Assembly (NCBI GenBank): GCA_964521735.1 | Contig: CAZFTO010000003.1 | Span: 983-64,982, forward strand | From: an uncultured Oscillospiraceae bacterium | GTDB taxonomy: Bacteria > Bacillota > Clostridia > Christensenellales > CAG-314 | DNA length: 64,000 bases | Direction: 5' to 3' | Shown: piece after piece, positions 8,861 through 17,680 of the stretch | How the letters are laid out: each line of letters starts with the position of its first letter | Position numbering within the stretch: the stretch's first letter is position 1 | The notes under the pieces: model-generated | Told to the model about the DNA's origin: nothing | Database searches by the model: none | The model's input: only the letters and a program-made list of their open reading frames with translations | Translations under genes and position numbers: made by a program

Positions 8861-9398
8861 CAAAAGAACCCTTCGTTGACTAGTGCAAACCTAGGGGCGC
8901 ACTGCATTGAACAAAGCAAATAGATTTATCTTGGAAAAATCTTGAAAAAATTGCATCTAGTTCGACAATTCAATGCCGAAAACGGTGCTATTCGGGTTCG
9001 GATTTGTTGCAGTTATTGGAAGATAGCGAAATTTCCAAATCGGTTTTGCAACGCGAGTGTTTTAGTGAAATTCTGCCGCATTGCGTTTGGTAAGTGCACT
9101 GAACGTATTCGCATGGCGGTGGTGGTCTGTGTTTGGGTTGCGCTTTGCGTTTGCATACTGTTTTTAGGTATGTTTGTTCGTTCAAAAAACGTCCATTGTT
9201 GCAATTTCTCATATAAAATACTATTCGCCGACATATATTTTTGTGAAAATAGTTGAAAAAGTTTGTGAAGTATTGTAAAATATTGTTAACAATACGATGA
9301 GTTTACTTATAATTTACGAAAATATGTATAATAGTCTCGCGTATAGTTTAGTCCGTTAGTAACGGAACGAACATCTAACAAACTAGGAGGAATCTATT

Positions 9399-9629
9399 AT
9401 GACTTTTGAAAAAGTTAAGGCACTTATTGCGCAACAATTCACTATCGACGAAGAAAAAATCACGTTGGAATCGGATTTGGTTAAGGATTTGGGCGCAGAC
9501 AGCTTGGACATTGCCGATTTGATCATGACTTTGGAAGACGAATTCGATTTGACAGTTCCCGATGAAATGGCAAACGACTTTTTGGTTGTTGGCAAAATTG
9601 TGGAATTTATTGATTCTCAAAGCAAATAA
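9399..9629 (+). CDS. acpP: acyl carrier protein
   Basis: AGGAGG SD. 76 aa with the LGADSLDIADLIMTLEDEF phosphopantetheine-attachment motif. No fab or pls genes are adjacent. Confidence 0.9.
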   Translation: MTFEKVKALIAQQFTIDEEKITLESDLVKDLGADSLDIADLIMTLEDEFDLTVPDEMANDFLVVGKIVEFIDSQSK

Positions 9630-9678
9630 TCAATCACAACACAGCGGCGCTATTGTGTCGTGTGGTTTGCAAATCTTT

Positions 9679-9706
9679 GATGTCGGCGTTTGTCGGCATC
9701 TTTTTT
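9679..9706 (+). terminator. intrinsic terminator after acpP
   Basis: GATGTCGGC-GTTT-GTCGGCATC stem (two G-U pairs) followed by TTTTTT. Confidence 0.65.
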
Positions 9707-9747
9707 GTTATGGAGAGTTTCATTTTCAATAAGCAAAAGGAAAAAGC

Positions 9748-10437
9748 ATGGATTATCAACAAATATTGTCGCTTTTTGCACAAAATGCCAGCGAAAAGCA
9801 CAATGAATATAGCAATGTTATTAATAGCAAAGTTAAATCGCTTGGATGCACAACACCCACAATTCGGCAGATTGCAAAAAAGCTGAATCTGGGCGTGGAA
9901 GAAGCGTTGCAACTGCCTGTCAACTGTTGCTACGAGTTGGATTTTTTGCGTGGGATAGTTGTTAGTGGTGCAAAATTGAAGTTTGAAGACAAGCGCAAAT
10001 TTTTGCTAGAATTTGCTTCGACGATAGAAAACTGGGCAGTGTGCGACTGCAACACGGTGAAAGTTTCCAGAAGCGAACGTCAACAATATTTCAAATTTTT
10101 CTCTTCGCTGTGCGCCGATGAGAGGCCTTTTGTGTGTCGCTACGGATTGGTAAATTTAATAAACAACTATTTGGATGGCGAATACGTTAACAAAACTTTT
10201 GATGTTTTGAAAAACGTTTCGCAATGGGGAAACTACTACGTGGATATGGCTTGCGCTTGGCTAGTGGCAACGGCGATGTCAAAGCAACGCAATGCAACGG
10301 TGGCTTTTTTAACAAGCGATGCGCCAAATGTTATGAACGTGTTTTCCTATAACAAAGCTTTGCAAAAAATTCGCGATTCGCATAGGGTTTCGGACGAAGA
10401 TAAATTATGGACAAAAACACTAAAAAGAACTAATTGA
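9748..10437 (+). CDS. DNA alkylation repair (AlkD-like HEAT-repeat) family protein, tentative
   Basis: 229-aa helical protein. NWAVCDC and YYVDMACAWLVATAM resemble AlkD-like repeat proteins. This is by-eye resemblance only. Confidence 0.45.
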   Translation: MDYQQILSLFAQNASEKHNEYSNVINSKVKSLGCTTPTIRQIAKKLNLGVEEALQLPVNCCYELDFLRGIVVSGAKLKFEDKRKFLLEFASTIENWAVCDCNTVKVSRSERQQYFKFFSSLCADERPFVCRYGLVNLINNYLDGEYVNKTFDVLKNVSQWGNYYVDMACAWLVATAMSKQRNATVAFLTSDAPNVMNVFSYNKALQKIRDSHRVSDEDKLWTKTLKRTN

Positions 10438-10533
10438 CGTTTTGTCCCCGAAAATTGCGGTACGTAGCGTCTTTTTTGTGTCAAAAAATGTCGTCACTAA
10501 ATAAAAGAAAGGTGCTTTGCATAGAATATCGGT

Positions 10534-11283
10534 ATGTATGAAGTTACTTTGAGCGTGCCCGCCTCGCAGGAATATTTGCTGGGAAATTTCAAGCAAAAGA
10601 CGGAACCTTTTCTTGGAGAAATGGATGCGTTAAGTTCGGAATTATCCAAGGACGACAGGTTTTATTTTTCCGTTGCATGTTCGGATACGTTTCGTTTTCA
10701 GCTTAGAAGGCTTGTTGTGCAAAACGTTTGCGACATTGTTGCGCTTGGCTACAAAAACATTTTTTTGCGAAAATGTTTGCATTTGCAAAGTGGAAACTTT
10801 TTTCAAAATTTGCTAGTTAACACAACTTGTGTGTTCGACAGGGTGACGGATAAAAAAGCCATTGCCGAAATAATTGACGTGGATAAGCCTCTTTTTCTGG
10901 ACGGCTATTGCAATTTTCGATTCGGCTTGCTAAAAAAGAAGTGGAAGGAAATTGCTTCGCTTGTTTGCAGCAACGAATATATTTTGCACGACGAACAACT
11001 TATAATGGAGTTTTTGCAATATTTGCTGGAATCCATCGAAAGCGGCGTGGAAAAACTTTCCGTTTCACTTGCGGATAACGCATTTGTTATGTACGGGGAG
11101 GATGGCGCAGTTTTGTCGGCAGTGGAATCACTAGCGAAGCACAGCACCGTTGAAGAAGATGCCGCGCTGAACGTATTGCTGCTAAACCCGCGCGAGGTGG
11201 TGGTTTATCATGGAAGCAAGCCGTCGCCGGAGTTTTGTCGGCTTATGCAATTGTTTAGCTGCAAATTTGTTTGCGCGCAATAA
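10534..11283 (+). CDS. ytxC: YtxC-like (putative sporulation) protein, tentative
   Basis: ..DGYCNFRFGLLKKKWKEI..NEYILHDEQLIMEFLQYLLES.. fits the YtxC-family pattern. ytxC lies directly upstream of thrS in Bacillus, the same arrangement as here. Confidence 0.5.
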   Translation: MYEVTLSVPASQEYLLGNFKQKTEPFLGEMDALSSELSKDDRFYFSVACSDTFRFQLRRLVVQNVCDIVALGYKNIFLRKCLHLQSGNFFQNLLVNTTCVFDRVTDKKAIAEIIDVDKPLFLDGYCNFRFGLLKKKWKEIASLVCSNEYILHDEQLIMEFLQYLLESIESGVEKLSVSLADNAFVMYGEDGAVLSAVESLAKHSTVEEDAALNVLLLNPREVVVYHGSKPSPEFCRLMQLFSCKFVCAQ

Positions 11284-11300
11284 TTTTTTGTGAAAAACAG

Positions 11301-11329
11301 TTGACTATTTATTTGCAAAATACTAAAAT
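11301..11329 (+). promoter_or_regulatory. sigma-A-type promoter of the thrS leader
   Basis: TTGACT, 17-nt spacer, TAAAAT. Confidence 0.55.
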
Positions 11330-11335
11330 GTAGTC

Positions 11336-11570
11336 ACAGTTAAATATCCCAGTTGGGCGAAGACAACGTTTTGTGGAAGTAGTATTTCAGAGAGTGACAG
11401 ACGGTGCGATTGTTGCATATGAAGCCGCAAAAATACCACTTGGCCTTGGGTACGTTAACCGATACGTTATTCGGCACTAAAGCGGACAAACTTTTTGTTT
11501 GTCAATTAAGGTGGAACCGCGGAAATTTGGTATTTTCGTCCTTATGATTTTTTCATAAGGGCGTTTTTTT
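11336..11570 (+). promoter_or_regulatory. T-box leader (threonine specifier ACC) with terminator
   Basis: Stem I elements CAGAGAG and GGTGCGA are present. The specifier ACC at 11435-11437 is followed by a purine. The T-box sequence AATTAAGGTGGAACCGCGG lies at 11504-11522. The terminator is CGTCCTTATGA/TCATAAGGGCG plus T7 at 11537-11570. Confidence 0.85.
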
Positions 11571-11620
11571 GTTTGTAATTTGCGATGCCAATGGCTAGGC
11601 CGAATTAAATGGAGGAGAAT

Positions 11621-13534
11621 ATGTTGAAAATTAAGTTACCCGATGGAAGCATCAAAGAGTTTGATAGCAACGTCACTTGTCTTGCAGTTGCCGAAAGCAT
11701 TTCCGCAGGACTTGCGCGCAATGCAATTTGCGCCGAAGTGGATGGTGTGCTTTGCGACTTATCGCACGTGATAACCAGTGATGCGGAATATAAAGTTCAC
11801 ACAGCCAAAGACGAACAAGGCCTAGAGGTGCTTAGACACTCTACGGCGCACCTTATGGCGCAAGCAATATCTCACGTTTGGCCACAAGCAAAGTTTGCTA
11901 TTGGTCCGGCCATCAAAAACGGCTTCTATTATGATATCGACTTCGAAGGCGCAGTTATTGCCCCCGAAGATTTGGAAAAGATCGAAGCGGAAATGGCAAA
12001 GATTGTAAAGGAAGATTTGCCCATTGTTCGCGAAGATATTCCTCGTCAAGATGCCATCAAGTTGTTCTCGGAAAATGGCGACAACTACAAAGTGGAAATA
12101 CTTTCCGAATTGGATGCAGAAACAGTATCCATCTACCGCCAAGGCGACTATTTGGATCTTTGCCGCGGCCCTCATGCGCCGTCCACAGGCAAACTTAAAG
12201 TGTTTAAGCTTACCAGCATTGCTGGTGCCTATTGGCGTGGCGACACAAAAAACAAAATGCTTACCCGCATTTACGGCACAGCTTTCGAAAAGAAACAAGA
12301 ATTGGACGAATACGTTCAACGCTTAGAGGAAGCAAAGCGCCGCGATCACCGCAAACTTGGCAAGGAATTGGATTTGTTCGATATTTTCGACGAAGGTCCG
12401 GGATTCCCGTTCTTCTTCCCCAAAGGAATGGTGCTCCGCAACACTTTGGAAGATTTTTGGCGCAAAGAACATGCAAAAGCCGGCTACGTGGAAGTTAAAA
12501 CTCCCATTATTTTGAATCAAGATTTGTGGCACAGAAGTGGACACTGGGATCACTACAAAGACAACATGTACGTTGTCAAAATTGACGAGCAAGATTTTGC
12601 TATCAAACCCATGAACTGCCCCGGCGGAATGTTGGTTTACAAACGCAAACCGCACAGTTATCGTGATTTGCCCGAACGCGTTGCAGAGCTGGGCATTGTT
12701 CACCGCCACGAACTTTCCGGCGCATTGCACGGCCTTATGCGCGTGCGTTGCTTCACGCAAGACGATGCTCACATCTTCATGACTCCGGAACAAATTGAAG
12801 GGGAAATTGAAAGTGTGGTGCGCCTTATTGACAAGTTCTATAAGGTGTTTGGCTTCAAATACAGTTTGGAATTGTCCACTCGCCCGGAAAACAGCATGGG
12901 CACAGACGAACAATGGGAAACTGCAACCAACGCCCTTATTCGTGCGCTCAACACTTTGGGCAAGGAGTACGAAATTAATGAAGGCGACGGCGCTTTCTAT
13001 GGCCCCAAAATTGACTTCCACCTTGAAGACAGTTTGGGACGCACCTGGCAATGTGGAACAATCCAATTGGATTTCCAAATGCCCGAACGTTTCGATTTGA
13101 CCTACGTTGGCGCAGATGGCGAAAAACACAGACCCGTTATGATTCACCGCGTTGTGTTTGGAAGCATCGAACGCTTCATTGCAATTTTGACGGAACACTA
13201 TGCCGGCGCTTTCCCGCTTTGGCTATCTCCCGTGCAAGTTAAAATCGTGCCCATTTCCGAAAATCAAATTGAATATGCTCATCAAGTTTGCAACAAGTTG
13301 ATAGATGCGGGCATTCGTGCCGAAGTAGACGATAGAAACGAAAAAATGGGTTACCGCATTCGTGAAGCGCAACTACAAAAAATCCCGTATATGCTGGTTT
13401 TGGGAGAAAAGGAAAAAGAATCGTCTGCCGTTGCGGTTCGCAACAGAAAGAAAGGCGATTTGGGTGTTATGAGTTTTGACGATTTCCTTGCAAAACTGAA
13501 TAAGGAAATTGTTGAAAAATCTTCGGATATGTAG
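11621..13534 (+). CDS. thrS: threonine--tRNA ligase
   Basis: GGAGGA SD then ATG 11621 (MLKIKLPDGS.., TGS-domain start). Met 11609 lies within the SD. HRSGHWDHY and FTQDDAHIF class II motifs are present, and a Thr T-box precedes the gene. Confidence 0.95.
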   Translation: MLKIKLPDGSIKEFDSNVTCLAVAESISAGLARNAICAEVDGVLCDLSHVITSDAEYKVHTAKDEQGLEVLRHSTAHLMAQAISHVWPQAKFAIGPAIKNGFYYDIDFEGAVIAPEDLEKIEAEMAKIVKEDLPIVREDIPRQDAIKLFSENGDNYKVEILSELDAETVSIYRQGDYLDLCRGPHAPSTGKLKVFKLTSIAGAYWRGDTKNKMLTRIYGTAFEKKQELDEYVQRLEEAKRRDHRKLGKELDLFDIFDEGPGFPFFFPKGMVLRNTLEDFWRKEHAKAGYVEVKTPIILNQDLWHRSGHWDHYKDNMYVVKIDEQDFAIKPMNCPGGMLVYKRKPHSYRDLPERVAELGIVHRHELSGALHGLMRVRCFTQDDAHIFMTPEQIEGEIESVVRLIDKFYKVFGFKYSLELSTRPENSMGTDEQWETATNALIRALNTLGKEYEINEGDGAFYGPKIDFHLEDSLGRTWQCGTIQLDFQMPERFDLTYVGADGEKHRPVMIHRVVFGSIERFIAILTEHYAGAFPLWLSPVQVKIVPISENQIEYAHQVCNKLIDAGIRAEVDDRNEKMGYRIREAQLQKIPYMLVLGEKEKESSAVAVRNRKKGDLGVMSFDDFLAKLNKEIVEKSSDM

Positions 13535-13583
13535 CGGCTTTATAAGGAAATTGTATAAAAATCTTTGGATAAGTAGCGACTTT

Positions 13584-13626
13584 GCGCAAGCGGAATGATG
13601 AATTGTTGTTCCGCTTGCGTTTTTTT
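13584..13626 (+). terminator. intrinsic terminator after thrS
   Basis: GCGCAAGCGGAA / TTCCGCTTGCGT 12-bp stem followed by T7. Confidence 0.8.
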
Positions 13627-13954
13627 AATTCTTTAGGGGTGAAACAAATTTAGATGACATACTAAAACAAAAAAAGCTTAGTCTTTTGTTTTCTATTGTT
13701 TGCTACGTTGTGGCAGTGGCGTTGCAGTTTGGTCTTTTTGCTGTTTTGGCAGCGTACTGTTTCGACTATGGCGACATTTATGCTACGTGGATTATGTTTG
13801 CAATTGTAGTGCTTCGCTGGTAATGTTTGTTTTTATCGGAAACCCTGTGCATGCAGAGGAGACGTTTGTCCACTTTGACCGTTTGTGCAGTATTTTGCAT
13901 AATGAGGCGGAACTTACATAATAAAAAATGTGCGGAAAATGTGTTGAAAAGCGT

Positions 13955-13983
13955 TTGACATTAGTTGCGGCATTTGCTATAAT
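13955..13983 (+). promoter_or_regulatory. sigma-A consensus promoter of the infC-rpmI-rplT operon
   Basis: TTGACA (13955-13960), 17-nt spacer, TATAAT (13978-13983). Confidence 0.6.
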
Positions 13984-13989
13984 AACTTT

Positions 13990-14110
13990 GCAATAAAGTA
14001 GAAATACCATTTCTCACCGCCAAATTTCGTTTGTCGGTTAGCTTATAGTTTTTTAGCAAAGGCATCTTTGCTGGCTTTGAGTGTGGTATTTTTGTGACCA
14101 CACTTTTTTT
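13990..14110 (+). promoter_or_regulatory. L20-leader-type attenuator upstream of infC
   Basis: About 120-nt leader ending in the hairpin AGTGTGGT/ACCACACT (14080-14104) plus T7, immediately before the infC SD. The position matches the Firmicutes L20 leader. Not confirmed with a covariance model. Confidence 0.5.
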
Positions 14111-14129
14111 ATTGCAGGAGGATACCACT

Positions 14130-14636
14130 ATTAAAGAACTTCAAACCAACTCTCAAGTAAGGGATAGAGAAATTCGCCTTATCGGCAGTGACGGACAACA
14201 ACTTGGAATCATGTCGGCTTACGAAGCGCAACGCATCGCAGATGAAGACGGATTAGATTTGGTTAAAATTTCTCCCAATTCCGTTCCACCCGTTTGTCGT
14301 ATTATGGATTATTCCAAATATAAATACGAGCAAAACAAAAAGGAAAAGGAAATGCGTCGCAATCAAAAAACCATCGAGATCAAGGAAGTTTGGCTTTCTA
14401 TGACCATCGACATTGGGGATTTGAACACGAAAGCGAACATTGCCAAAAAATTCTTGCAAGACGGCAACAAAGTTAAGGCTACCATTCGTATGCGTGGCAG
14501 ACAACAAGCGTATGCCGCACAAGGTGTGGAAGTTATGAAAAAGTTTGCAGAAATTCTTTCAGACGTTTCCAAAATCGATAAACAGCCTACCACGGAAGGC
14601 AGAAACATTTCTATGTTTTTGGCTCCGCTAAATTAA
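14130..14636 (+). CDS. infC: translation initiation factor IF-3 (ATT start)
   Basis: GGAGGA at 14117-14122, then in-frame ATT at 14130 followed by IKELQTNSQVRDREIRLIG.., where IF-3 homologues begin. The ORF-track GTG 14094 lies in the loop of the upstream terminator hairpin. Confidence 0.85.
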   Translation: MKELQTNSQVRDREIRLIGSDGQQLGIMSAYEAQRIADEDGLDLVKISPNSVPPVCRIMDYSKYKYEQNKKEKEMRRNQKTIEIKEVWLSMTIDIGDLNTKANIAKKFLQDGNKVKATIRMRGRQQAYAAQGVEVMKKFAEILSDVSKIDKQPTTEGRNISMFLAPLN

Positions 14637-14663
14637 TAAAAAAATACATGGAGGACAAATATA

Positions 14664-14858
14664 ATGCCTAAACAAAAATCACATAGCGCATCCAAAAAAA
14701 GATTTGTCGTTTTGAAGAGCGGCAAAGTTAAACGCGCACAGTGCAACAAGAACCACAAACTTGGTAAGAAAACCACCAAGAGAACCCGCAACCTTCGCTC
14801 GACGGCTTACGTTAACGATACTCAAGCCAACACCGTGAAGAGCATGTTGCCGTATTAG
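14664..14858 (+). CDS. rpmI: 50S ribosomal protein L35
   Basis: GGAGGA SD. 64-aa basic protein MPKQKSHSASKKRF.., located between infC and rplT. Confidence 0.95.
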   Translation: MPKQKSHSASKKRFVVLKSGKVKRAQCNKNHKLGKKTTKRTRNLRSTAYVNDTQANTVKSMLPY

Positions 14859-14871
14859 GAGGATATGAACA

Positions 14872-15225
14872 ATGAGAATTAAAAGAGGCGTAACTGCAGT
14901 TAAAAAACGCAGAAAAATTTTGAAGTCCGCTAAAGGTTATTTCGGACTTAAATCCACTAACTACCGCATTGCTCGTCAAGCGGTTATGAAGAGCGGCAAC
15001 TACGCATATATCGGCAGACGTTTGAAAAAACGCGATATGCGCAGTTTGTGGATTGCTCGTATCAACGCCGGCGCACGCGCTAACGGCTTGTCCTATAGCA
15101 AATTTATGCACGGTTTGAAAGTTGCAAATATCGATTTGAACAGAAAATCTTTGGCAGAAATTGCAGTTAGTGATGCTGCTACTTTTGCTAAACTTGCTGA
15201 AACGGCAAAAGCAAACTTGAAGTAA
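14872..15225 (+). CDS. rplT: 50S ribosomal protein L20
   Basis: [37 protein letters not shown].. is typical of L20. Confidence 0.95.
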   Translation: MRIKRGVTAVKKRRKILKSAKGYFGLKSTNYRIARQAVMKSGNYAYIGRRLKKRDMRSLWIARINAGARANGLSYSKFMHGLKVANIDLNRKSLAEIAVSDAATFAKLAETAKANLK

Positions 15226-15233
15226 CAAAATAC

Positions 15234-15260
15234 GGAGTCTTTTTTTGAAAGGCTCCTTTT
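15234..15260 (+). terminator. intrinsic terminator after rplT
   Basis: GGAGTCTTT-TTTTG-AAAGGCTCC stem followed by TTTT. Confidence 0.6.
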
Positions 15261-15282
15261 GCTTGTTTGAGGTAGAACGTAG

Positions 15283-16023
15283 ATGGTGATCACTTCGCAA
15301 GACAATGCCAAAGTTGTTGCAGCAGCAAAACTGTTGGATAAAAAATTTAGAAAATCAAGCGGGCGCTATTTGATTGAGGGCGAACGTTTGGTTCGCGATG
15401 CAATCCGTCACGGTGCAAACATTGTGGAAATTTTTGTTAAGGAAAGTGTTCAAGGCCAGTTTGATTTTGAAAATCAAATTGTGGTTGCCGATAGGGTATT
15501 TGCAAAAATGTGCGATACTGTCACAACACAAGGTGTTTTGGCAGTCGTTGAGCGCCGTGGTGACGAATTGCGGCCGCCACTGGGCAACTGCTTGGTTTTG
15601 GATGGTTTGCAGGATCCCGGCAACGTTGGTACGCTTATTCGCACGGCTGCGGCATGCGGTTTCACCGACGTATATGCCGTTGGCTGCGTGGACGTTTTTT
15701 CACCAAAAGTTTTGCGCAGTGCAATGTCTGCCAACTTTTGTGTTAACGTTTGGAGCGTTGATAGCTTGCAAAAGGTGTTTGACGTGTTGAACGACACTTT
15801 GATTGTTGCGGCGGATATGGGCGGCGAAAATATTTTCAATGCGCAATTTGATGGCAAAGTTGCTGTGGTGTTGGGCAACGAAGGTAACGGCCTATCTGGT
15901 TTTTCCAAAACAAACGCCAACAAAATTGTGTCGTTGCCGATGCAAAACAATTTTGAATCGCTAAACGTTGCAATTGCCGGCAGTGTGATTATGTACAAAA
16001 TCTACGAATTATCTCAAAAATAA
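15283..16023 (+). CDS. TrmH/SpoU-family RNA 2'-O-methyltransferase
   Basis: LVLDGLQDPGNVGTLIRTAAACGF and VVLGNEGNGLS are SpoU methylase motifs. Confidence 0.8.
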   Translation: MVITSQDNAKVVAAAKLLDKKFRKSSGRYLIEGERLVRDAIRHGANIVEIFVKESVQGQFDFENQIVVADRVFAKMCDTVTTQGVLAVVERRGDELRPPLGNCLVLDGLQDPGNVGTLIRTAAACGFTDVYAVGCVDVFSPKVLRSAMSANFCVNVWSVDSLQKVFDVLNDTLIVAADMGGENIFNAQFDGKVAVVLGNEGNGLSGFSKTNANKIVSLPMQNNFESLNVAIAGSVIMYKIYELSQK

Positions 16024-16041
16024 CAAAACGGAGGAGAAATA

Positions 16042-16776
16042 ATGTCCGGACATAGCAAATGGAATAACATAAAAAACAAAAAAGCAAAGGGAGATGCTGC
16101 TCGTTCGAAAATTTTTACCAAAATCGGACGTGAAATTGCCGTTGCAGTTAAATCTGGCGGAGCTGACCCCAACACTAACAGCAAGCTTTATGATATAGTT
16201 CAAAAAGCAAAAGCCAACAACATGCCTAACGACAACATCACCAGAAGCATCAAGAAGGCTAGCGGTGAATTGTCTGCCGTTGATTATGTTGGCATTGTTT
16301 ACGAAGGCTATGGAATTGGCGGCAGCGCAGTTATCGTTGAATGCTTGACGGATAACAAAAACCGTACCGCGGGCGACGTTCGTTGCGCTTTCGATAAGAA
16401 CGGCGGCAGTCTTGGCCAAACAAACTGCGTAAGCTATATGTTTGATAGACGTGGCATTGTTGTTGCTGAAAATTCTGTTGGTTTGGATGACGACAGTGCA
16501 TTTGAACTTGCCATCGAATCGGGCGCCGACGATGTTTCGTTGGAAGACGGCATGGTGGAAATGACTTGCGAAACAACGGCTTTGGGCGCAGTGCGTGATG
16601 CTGTTGTGGCAAAAGGGCTGAACCTTGTATCTGCAGAAATGAGCTGGTTGCCTCAAACAATGGTAACTTTGGAAGGAGACAATTTGGTTAAGTTCCAAAG
16701 AATGCTGGACGTTTTGGAAGATAACGACGACGTTCAAAACGTTTATCACAACGTGGCCTTGCCCGACGAAGAATAG
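16042..16776 (+). CDS. yebC: YebC/PmpR-family transcriptional regulator
   Basis: MSGHSKWNNIKNKKAKGDAARSKIFTKIGREI.. is the canonical YebC N-terminus. Confidence 0.9.
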   Translation: MSGHSKWNNIKNKKAKGDAARSKIFTKIGREIAVAVKSGGADPNTNSKLYDIVQKAKANNMPNDNITRSIKKASGELSAVDYVGIVYEGYGIGGSAVIVECLTDNKNRTAGDVRCAFDKNGGSLGQTNCVSYMFDRRGIVVAENSVGLDDDSAFELAIESGADDVSLEDGMVEMTCETTALGAVRDAVVAKGLNLVSAEMSWLPQTMVTLEGDNLVKFQRMLDVLEDNDDVQNVYHNVALPDEE

Positions 16777-16796
16777 TGTATTTATAGCAAAATATA

Positions 16797-16835
16797 ACGC
16801 CTTGCAACTTTGCGTTGCAAGGCGTTTGTTGTTTG
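16797..16835. terminator. hairpin between convergent yebC and the zinc-ribbon gene
   Basis: ACGCCTTGCAAC-TTTGC-GTTGCAAGGCGT 12-bp stem followed by a T-rich tail. Confidence 0.6.
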
Positions 16836-16885
16836 CAGTGATCGGGCTGCATAACTAGAATTTGTGTCTAGGTGAGTTTGCAAAG

Positions 16886-17254
16886 CTAATCTCTGTGGCA
16901 GAGTAACAAAATTCCGGAAATTGTGTTAACAAACAAAAGTGTGCAAATTTTGAAACCGACGCCAATGGGTACGCCGCTATCTTTGCAGCGTCTTACGTGA
17001 TTTGTCATTGGGATGCTCCAAGCAAGTGGTAGCAACATGATGACACCAATCAAGATTGTGCTGGGATCCAAGAAAAAGATTATTGAGCCTAGCGCTGTTA
17101 CAACACAAGAAATAATCATAAACGCAATGGCAACAGTCAAAAGTGTTTCTGCGGATTGTTGCGGTTTTTGGATAGTTCTTTGTTCGGCACCGCACCTAGG
17201 GCACATAAGAGCTTCGTCTAGCAGTTCTGCACCGCATGTGGAACAGTATTTCAT
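16886..17254 (-). CDS. zinc-ribbon domain membrane protein (paralog 1)
   Basis: AGGAG SD. It has the N-terminal MKYCSTCGAELLDEALMCPRCG double CxxC, predicted TM helices, and a C-terminal AWSIPMT..R..P..FKICTLLFVNTISGILLLC block shared with the neighbouring gene. Confidence 0.7.
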   Translation of the reverse strand: MKYCSTCGAELLDEALMCPRCGAEQRTIQKPQQSAETLLTVAIAFMIISCVVTALGSIIFFLDPSTILIGVIMLLPLAWSIPMTNHVRRCKDSGVPIGVGFKICTLLFVNTISGILLLCHRD

Positions 17255-17329
17255 TTCAATTCTCCTTTTAATTATTCTAAACGGCGTTGGCCGTGATTAG
17301 CGGGCGGTAGTGGTGTTTTGTGTTAAGGT

Positions 17330-17650
17330 CTAGTCGTTCATGCACAACAGCAATATGCCGGGAATAATGCTAACAAATATCAACGTGCAAACTTTCATTG
17401 CAACACTAATGGGTTGGTTGTTATCAATTTTTCTGCAAACGCTAATTGTCATTGGGATACCCCAAGCAAGACCCATGCCGCAAGTGGACAAGCCGAGTAG
17501 CACTGTGGCTATGATCATAAACACTTTGGCAATGGTACCTAGCGTGCTGTTTTCAGAATTTTTCCTTTGCGATTCCACTCTGCAACCGCAGTTTACGCAA
17601 ATTTCCGCTTCATCTAATACTTCCGCTCCGCAGTGAGTACAATATTTCAT
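17330..17650 (-). CDS. zinc-ribbon domain membrane protein (paralog 2)
   Basis: AGGAAG SD. It has MKYCTHCGAEVLDEAEICVNCG, TM helices and the AWGIPMT..R..P..MKVCTLIFVSIIPGILLLC block. Confidence 0.7.
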   Translation of the reverse strand: MKYCTHCGAEVLDEAEICVNCGCRVESQRKNSENSTLGTIAKVFMIIATVLLGLSTCGMGLAWGIPMTISVCRKIDNNQPISVAMKVCTLIFVSIIPGILLLCMND

Positions 17651-17680
17651 TTTTCTTCCTACTCGAGAATGTTATTAATT

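Noticed and set aside
8942-9256. 104-aa TTG-start ORF in the ftsZ-acpP spacer.
   Set aside because: It has no SD and a Cys/Phe/Arg-rich composition, and it overlaps the likely acpP promoter region. It is probably non-coding.
13686-13823. Hydrophobic mini-ORF (..FSIVCYVVAVALQFGLFAVLAAYCFDYGDIYATWIMFAIVVLRW) between thrS and infC, which resembles a type I toxin or a small membrane peptide.
   Set aside because: Only TTG or GTG starts are available, with no SD and no identifiable antisense RNA or promoter. It cannot be supported from sequence alone. The overlapping ORF-track entry 13700-13921 is equally unconvincing.
14094-14129. GTG 14094 as the infC start.
   Set aside because: It lies in the loop of the leader terminator hairpin and has no SD. 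The ATT at 14130, with GGAGGA upstream, matches where IF-3 begins.
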